Shown here: positions 59,717 to 64,000 of the stretch, piece after piece
Position numbering within the stretch: position 1 is the first letter of the stretch
Layout: each line of letters opens with the position of its first letter
Assembly (NCBI GenBank): GCA_020635235.1
Contig: JACKAF010000001.1
Coordinates: 178,380-242,379, forward strand
Origin: Pseudobdellovibrionaceae bacterium
GTDB lineage: Bacteria > Bdellovibrionota > FAC87 > UBA2466 > JACKAF01
Length of the DNA: 64,000 bases
Reading direction: 5' to 3'
The notes under the pieces: model-generated
Told to the model about the DNA's origin: nothing
Seen by the model: the letters and a program-made list of their open reading frames with translations, nothing else
Database searches by the model: none
Translations under genes and position numbers: made by a program

Positions 59717-60973
59717 ATGAAGTTCCTAAAACGAACCACGAAACTTTCCGTTTGGATGATGTCCTTTCTAACGGCACTCTTCTTTGTCTCCTGCGCGGGC
59801 CAGAACGAGAGCGAATTTTTTGATGAAAGCCTAAAGGCCTCGATGGGCGATAGCCTCGACACAGGCATCGAGAGCGTAGATGAGCTCGGTGGCCAGGGCA
59901 CCCAGACCGCAGATTTGAGCGTAGATAACCTTTTGTCTGAAGAACCTTCGGACAGCACTTCAGAAAACATGGACGCGGAAACGGAAGAGTTGGACGGCGA
60001 GATGGCCGCCCTCCTTTCGGACGAAGAAGCCGGTACTGAAGGTAGCGATGCGCTCTTCAATGACAGCGCAGCGCCCGTCGCGCAAGCCGTGAGTGCGGAA
60101 ATGCCGATGGAAGACAACGGCCCTCTTTTTGACTCCGAACCCGCTGGAGACATCGCCTTGGACAGCCTTGCGGCCCCGGAAGCAGCGCCTCTTGCGCTTG
60201 ATTCCTCCAATTTTGAGCCGGCCACCGTGGCGGCCTTAACTCCAGAACCAGCGGCCCGTCGCACGCCCAGCCGGGCCCGTGCGAAATCTAAAACGCCCGA
60301 AATCGCTGGTGACGCTATCCAAGAGGGTGGCAAAGTTTTGAACCGCTACTACTTCGTTCGAAACGGAGACACCCCTGAATCGGTTTCTGAAATGATCTAT
60401 GGAACGCAAGACCGTGTCGCTGACTTGCTCGCCTCCGCCGGAGGAGCGCCGAGCTGGGAACCCGGAACGGCCGTTTACTATACATCGACCGAGCAGCCGA
60501 CTGACTCCAAGATGCGCTCATTTTATTACGAACGTACCGTAAAACCTGAAACCTACACGATTAAGCGCGGCGACAGCTTGGCGCAAATCGCAAAAGAGGC
60601 TTATGGCGATTCGCGAAGCTGGAAAGAAATTGCTGTAGTGAACCAGATGGGAGATCCGACCGATCTCGAAGAAGGGCAGCTACTCGCGTTGGCACCGAAA
60701 AACCTGAGCGACTACGCCCGCAACAACTGGATCGTCGCCCGTCAAATGGATCCCAAAGATATCGAACTCAGCGAAGAAGCGATGGCCGCCCAGGCCAAGG
60801 CCGAGTTCAATAAACCGCTCTCCGACATAGAACGCAATGCAAACAGCCAACAAGCAAATGTCGGCATCAGTGGCTTTATTCGTCAGAATTGGTTGTTTCT
60901 CGGCGTCATAATGACGATTGGGCTTGCGGCTCTTTTCTTCCTCGTCATTATGCCCAGACGTTCGAGCTTCTAA
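59717..60973 (+). CDS. LysM peptidoglycan-binding domain lipoprotein with acidic linker and C-terminal TM segment
   Basis: Lipobox FFVSC. Two LysM-like segments (YYFVRNGDTPESVSEMIYG..., YTIKRGDSLAQIAKEAYGDSRSWKEIAVVNQ). C-terminal hydrophobic helix. Confidence 0.65.
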   Translation: MKFLKRTTKLSVWMMSFLTALFFVSCAGQNESEFFDESLKASMGDSLDTGIESVDELGGQGTQTADLSVDNLLSEEPSDSTSENMDAETEELDGEMAALLSDEEAGTEGSDALFNDSAAPVAQAVSAEMPMEDNGPLFDSEPAGDIALDSLAAPEAAPLALDSSNFEPATVAALTPEPAARRTPSRARAKSKTPEIAGDAIQEGGKVLNRYYFVRNGDTPESVSEMIYGTQDRVADLLASAGGAPSWEPGTAVYYTSTEQPTDSKMRSFYYERTVKPETYTIKRGDSLAQIAKEAYGDSRSWKEIAVVNQMGDPTDLEEGQLLALAPKNLSDYARNNWIVARQMDPKDIELSEEAMAAQAKAEFNKPLSDIERNANSQQANVGISGFIRQNWLFLGVIMTIGLAALFFLVIMPRRSSF

Positions 60974-60974
60974 G

Positions 60975-61994
60975 CTACCAACCTAAGACGTAGGCAAACA
61001 CGAGGGGCGCCACAATGGTGGCGTCCGATTCGACGATGAATTTAGGCGTGTCGATGCCCAACTTGCCCCAAGTGATCTTTTCATTCGGCACGGCGCCTGA
61101 ATAAGAGCCATAGCTCGTCGTGGAATCAGAAATCTGACAGAAGTAGCCCCACAGAGGGACGGACTTCGTTTCATCGTGTCGCAGAATATCCTGATTGATC
61201 AAAGGTACAACGCAGATAGGAAAATCACCCGCTATACCGCCGCCAATCTGGAAAAACCCGTACGAATTCTCGGTGGCCTCGGTTCGGTACCATTCCACCA
61301 GTGCCGCCATGTACTCCAAACCACTCTTCATCGAGCGCAGAGATCGTAAATTCCCGCGGTGGGTTTCAGCGACACAGGCGTTGCCGAGCGTGGAATCTTC
61401 CCAGCCAGGAACAAACATCGGGAGCTTTTTCTCCCAAGCGGCAACAAGCCAGCTGTTTTTCGGATCGATCTGGAAGGGCCGCTCCGACTCCGGCATCGCC
61501 ATCCAGTCGCCTATTAGCTGATAAAAATACTCGTGGGGGAAGAAGCGCTCCCCAGACTCCTCGGCGGAAGCCCATTTCCGAACCATCAACTTGTCGATAA
61601 CCCGCATCGCATCGTCTTCCGGAATGCAGGTATCGGTTACTCGATTCATGCCCTTATCAAGCAGGGCCGCTTCCTGAGCAGCTGTGAGATCTCGATAATT
61701 TGGAATTCTTCGGTAGTGCTCATGGGCGACGAGGTTATAAACGTCCTCTTCCAGATTCGCGCCAGTACAGCTGATCGCGTGTACTTTTCCCTGACGGATC
61801 ATCTCTGCGAGCGACAGGCCGAGCTCGGCGGTACTCATCGCGCCCGCCAAGGTTACCAGCATTTTCCCGCCCTTTTCCAGGTGCACACGGTAACCTTCCG
61901 CTGCATCAATCAGGGCCGCCGAATTGAAATGGCGGTAATGGTAGGTAATAAAGTGGGAAACAGGCGACTTTGCAGGGTCAAACATCCGAGCCAT
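60975..61994 (-). CDS. deoxyhypusine synthase-like protein (DHS/homospermidine synthase-like)
   Basis: 339 aa. HAISCTGANLEEDVYNL motif and overall DHS-like pattern. Confidence 0.65.
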   Translation of the reverse strand: MARMFDPAKSPVSHFITYHYRHFNSAALIDAAEGYRVHLEKGGKMLVTLAGAMSTAELGLSLAEMIRQGKVHAISCTGANLEEDVYNLVAHEHYRRIPNYRDLTAAQEAALLDKGMNRVTDTCIPEDDAMRVIDKLMVRKWASAEESGERFFPHEYFYQLIGDWMAMPESERPFQIDPKNSWLVAAWEKKLPMFVPGWEDSTLGNACVAETHRGNLRSLRSMKSGLEYMAALVEWYRTEATENSYGFFQIGGGIAGDFPICVVPLINQDILRHDETKSVPLWGYFCQISDSTTSYGSYSGAVPNEKITWGKLGIDTPKFIVESDATIVAPLVFAYVLGW

Positions 61995-62097
61995 TTTTCG
62001 TGAGACCTCCTAGGAATCGTTCAGAGAGACAGGGTTTTCATACCAGAAGAATTCCAGTGAATCAAACGATGAGCCGGAAAATCAAGCTGGGTGAGCC

Positions 62098-62799
62098 TTA
62101 CAAGACTGTAATGACCCCGGCAGTGAGCTCGATCCCCCTACTGTAGTACTGATCGGCGTCTTTTTGCAGATCTACCAGACCGAGCGAGTAGCGAAGATTC
62201 ACAAACCCACGGAAGTTTTTAGCGAAGACAAATTCGGTGCCCACACCGATGGCAAGCCCGATATCAAACTCGTTGAAACGGTCGATCAACGTCTGCGTGA
62301 CCAGATTCAGGAGCCGAATCTCGCGAATGAGCGCCAACGAAAATGTGGGGCCCGCAAAGACGTATGGATTGAATCTGGCGCTGCCAAACTTGTATTTTAG
62401 GAGGATTGGAACTTCTACCGCGTCCATGGCGATTGTGCCGCCAACGCCAAATCCAAGCACCGGGAGGATCGTGTTCACTCCCTTTTGTATGTAGCGCAAG
62501 CCGGGCTGGATGAAGAGGCGTTCCGTAAGGAAAGCCCTTTCCCAGAACACCCCAATAATGAGTCCTTGGCGCGTCGAACCTTCTCCTTTTGGTTCATTCT
62601 TGGAAAACGCGAAATTAATGCCCAACTCAGCGCCGATTAGCCAGGGGACATAATAGCTTTTGTGCTGCGCTTTGGTTCGGCGCACCTTCTTCTTGCGGGC
62701 GGCAATCGCTGGCGCACCGTCCCCAAGAAGGGCGAACAATACGAGAAGCAGAACCGATTTCCTTACCCAGCCTAGTTGCTTGGGGCAAAATTGCATCAA
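62098..62799 (-). CDS. outer membrane beta-barrel protein (OmpW/OmpA-like small porin family)
   Basis: Signal peptide. Alternating amphipathic beta strands. C-terminal aromatic residue pattern ...TAGVITVL. Confidence 0.55.
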   Translation of the reverse strand: MMQFCPKQLGWVRKSVLLLVLFALLGDGAPAIAARKKKVRRTKAQHKSYYVPWLIGAELGINFAFSKNEPKGEGSTRQGLIIGVFWERAFLTERLFIQPGLRYIQKGVNTILPVLGFGVGGTIAMDAVEVPILLKYKFGSARFNPYVFAGPTFSLALIREIRLLNLVTQTLIDRFNEFDIGLAIGVGTEFVFAKNFRGFVNLRYSLGLVDLQKDADQYYSRGIELTAGVITVL

Positions 62800-63422
62800 T
62801 GCCTACTGGTTGATAGGGCGGGCCACTCCGGGGCCGAATCGCCAGAAGCGTCCTTACAGAAAGGATACAGGAAGAGCTGTAGTTTAATCAATTCGTCCGC
62901 TGTCAAACCATCTGCTGGTATGGTCATCTGAATTTCGAATTCTGACCGGATGGGAAGCGACAGGTGGCGGACGTTTTTCTTGGATTCCGGCAGCGAGATT
63001 TCTTTAGTCTCACTCACGACGGGACGTTTTGACTTCGTTTTCGGGCGAACTGGCGCCGGCGCTTCCGGCTTTGCCACGGAGACCTTGTTCATCATCGCGT
63101 GCTCCCAGCCTATGGGATCCCGACTCCACTGCATGAAGTCCTCAACCGAGCTCTTCACCCGCGACTTGTAGACCTTTAAAGTGTTTTTGTTTACGTTGGT
63201 ATTCTTCTTCTTGAATCTGCCAACCAAGAGACCGAGATTCTTGAGTACATATTCCGCGTTGGTTTCGCCTTCGCGAAGGACTCCGAAGAGATTGTTGCAG
63301 GCGCTCATACGACTGTGCATGGCGTTTTCGGAGATAATGCCGTTTTTCCCAGCGTCCTCCAAGAATTTGATGACCTCTTGAGTTTCATCGATCAAAGACA
63401 TTTGACTATCCATAGGATCCAT
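62796..63422 (-). CDS. hypothetical protein
   Basis: 208-aa ORF with 4-bp overlap to the downstream beta-barrel protein gene. No recognisable motif. Confidence 0.35.
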   Translation of the reverse strand: MDPMDSQMSLIDETQEVIKFLEDAGKNGIISENAMHSRMSACNNLFGVLREGETNAEYVLKNLGLLVGRFKKKNTNVNKNTLKVYKSRVKSSVEDFMQWSRDPIGWEHAMMNKVSVAKPEAPAPVRPKTKSKRPVVSETKEISLPESKKNVRHLSLPIRSEFEIQMTIPADGLTADELIKLQLFLYPFCKDASGDSAPEWPALSTSRH

Positions 63423-63650
63423 CGAATTCCCTACACTGATGCCTTACCAGAATGACTCATGCCGGACGGATTCAACGAAGTTAGCCCGTTACCCGAGAAC
63501 AGCAATAACATAGAGCTGTTCTGAGGAACTTGCAAGACCAACATCCGAGCTCTTTCCAGTATGATTCTGAAAGCTTACTGCATGCCCATTGAGATCAAAT
63601 CGATAATTCTGTATTATGTGCGCCCTATCCTTAAGATTGTGGAGGAATTC

Positions 63651-64000
63651 GTGCCAAAATTTGTCACCACCGCTATCAGGAATGCCGTGCTCGTTGCCAT
63701 GCTGCTGTTGCTCAACGCTTGTGGCGATGGAACCGACACGTTGAAAGCAAAATCTAGTTTCATCCCTGACGGCGTGGCACTCGACAATATGGAAAAGGCG
63801 CTGCCGACCGACACGGGCATTGGTCTTCTCTATAAATATAAATCGGACAACGTACAGGTGGATTCGGTTTCCATAAATCCGGAAATCCGCGCCGACTTCC
63901 CCACTACGGCCAAACACCATTACGCCTTGAGTACGCGTTACTTCCAGGTGCTTGCCTTCTTACGTAAAATTGAGGCCTTCCTGAAAGAACACGAAGATTT
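63651..64000 (+). CDS. putative lipoprotein, N-terminal fragment running off the window
   Basis: GTG start. VPKFVTTAIRNAVLVAMLLLLNACGDG has a clean lipobox (LNAC). More plausible than the antisense 143-aa ORF 63489-63920. Confidence 0.4.
   Translation, partial: MPKFVTTAIRNAVLVAMLLLLNACGDGTDTLKAKSSFIPDGVALDNMEKALPTDTGIGLLYKYKSDNVQVDSVSINPEIRADFPTTAKHHYALSTRYFQVLAFLRKIEAFLKEHED

Noticed and set aside
63489-63920. 143-aa minus-strand ORF
   Set aside because: It is antisense to a more convincing plus-strand lipoprotein start (63651, lipobox LNAC) that runs off the window. It has no signal or domain features.

Overview
This 64 kb segment is densely coding chromosomal DNA from a Gram-negative bacterium. 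It carries TolC/RND efflux, TonB C-domain, outer-membrane β-barrel and many lipobox proteins. GC is moderate, roughly 50%. No integrase, transposase, CRISPR array or rRNA is visible. Housekeeping blocks are proB-proA, trkA-trkH, an ABC-F ATPase, two MscS channels, an M16 peptidase pair, a deoxyhypusine-synthase-like gene, and a sensor hybrid histidine kinase with a periplasmic binding protein. An ECF sigma factor with an NrsF-like anti-sigma gene lies divergent from DUF1223 and a secreted MsrA/MsrB fusion. One tRNA-Ser(GGA) sits on the minus strand at 34232-34319. Three features stand out. (1) A paralogous two-gene module occurs twice (11.4-18.8 kb and 44.0-49.5 kb): a giant NHL-repeat lipoprotein with a Cys-rich C-terminal domain, next to a CHASE2 membrane receptor fused to a class III nucleotide cyclase and a C-terminal PilZ-like domain. 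(2) A second paralogous module occurs twice at 22.1-28.2 kb: a lipoprotein with a conserved N-terminal HExxH domain (one copy adds FG-GAP repeats) next to a TPR-like protein ending in a winged-helix GxGRxTxYRF motif. (3) Around tRNA-Ser lie a 1498-aa signal-anchored protein combining a degenerate M48-like peptidase segment with a C-terminal ABC1/UbiB-type kinase domain, and a signal-peptide-bearing eukaryotic-like Ser/Thr kinase. In between, the last 22 nt of the tRNA (including CCA) are tandemly reiterated as a 63-bp unit, two perfect copies plus one degenerate. A dockerin-repeat lipoprotein, a mini-metzincin and several CxxCH proteins suggest a lifestyle rich in secreted proteins. Predatory Bdellovibrio-like affinity is only an inference. 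All functional calls rest on motif recognition by eye; no database search was run.
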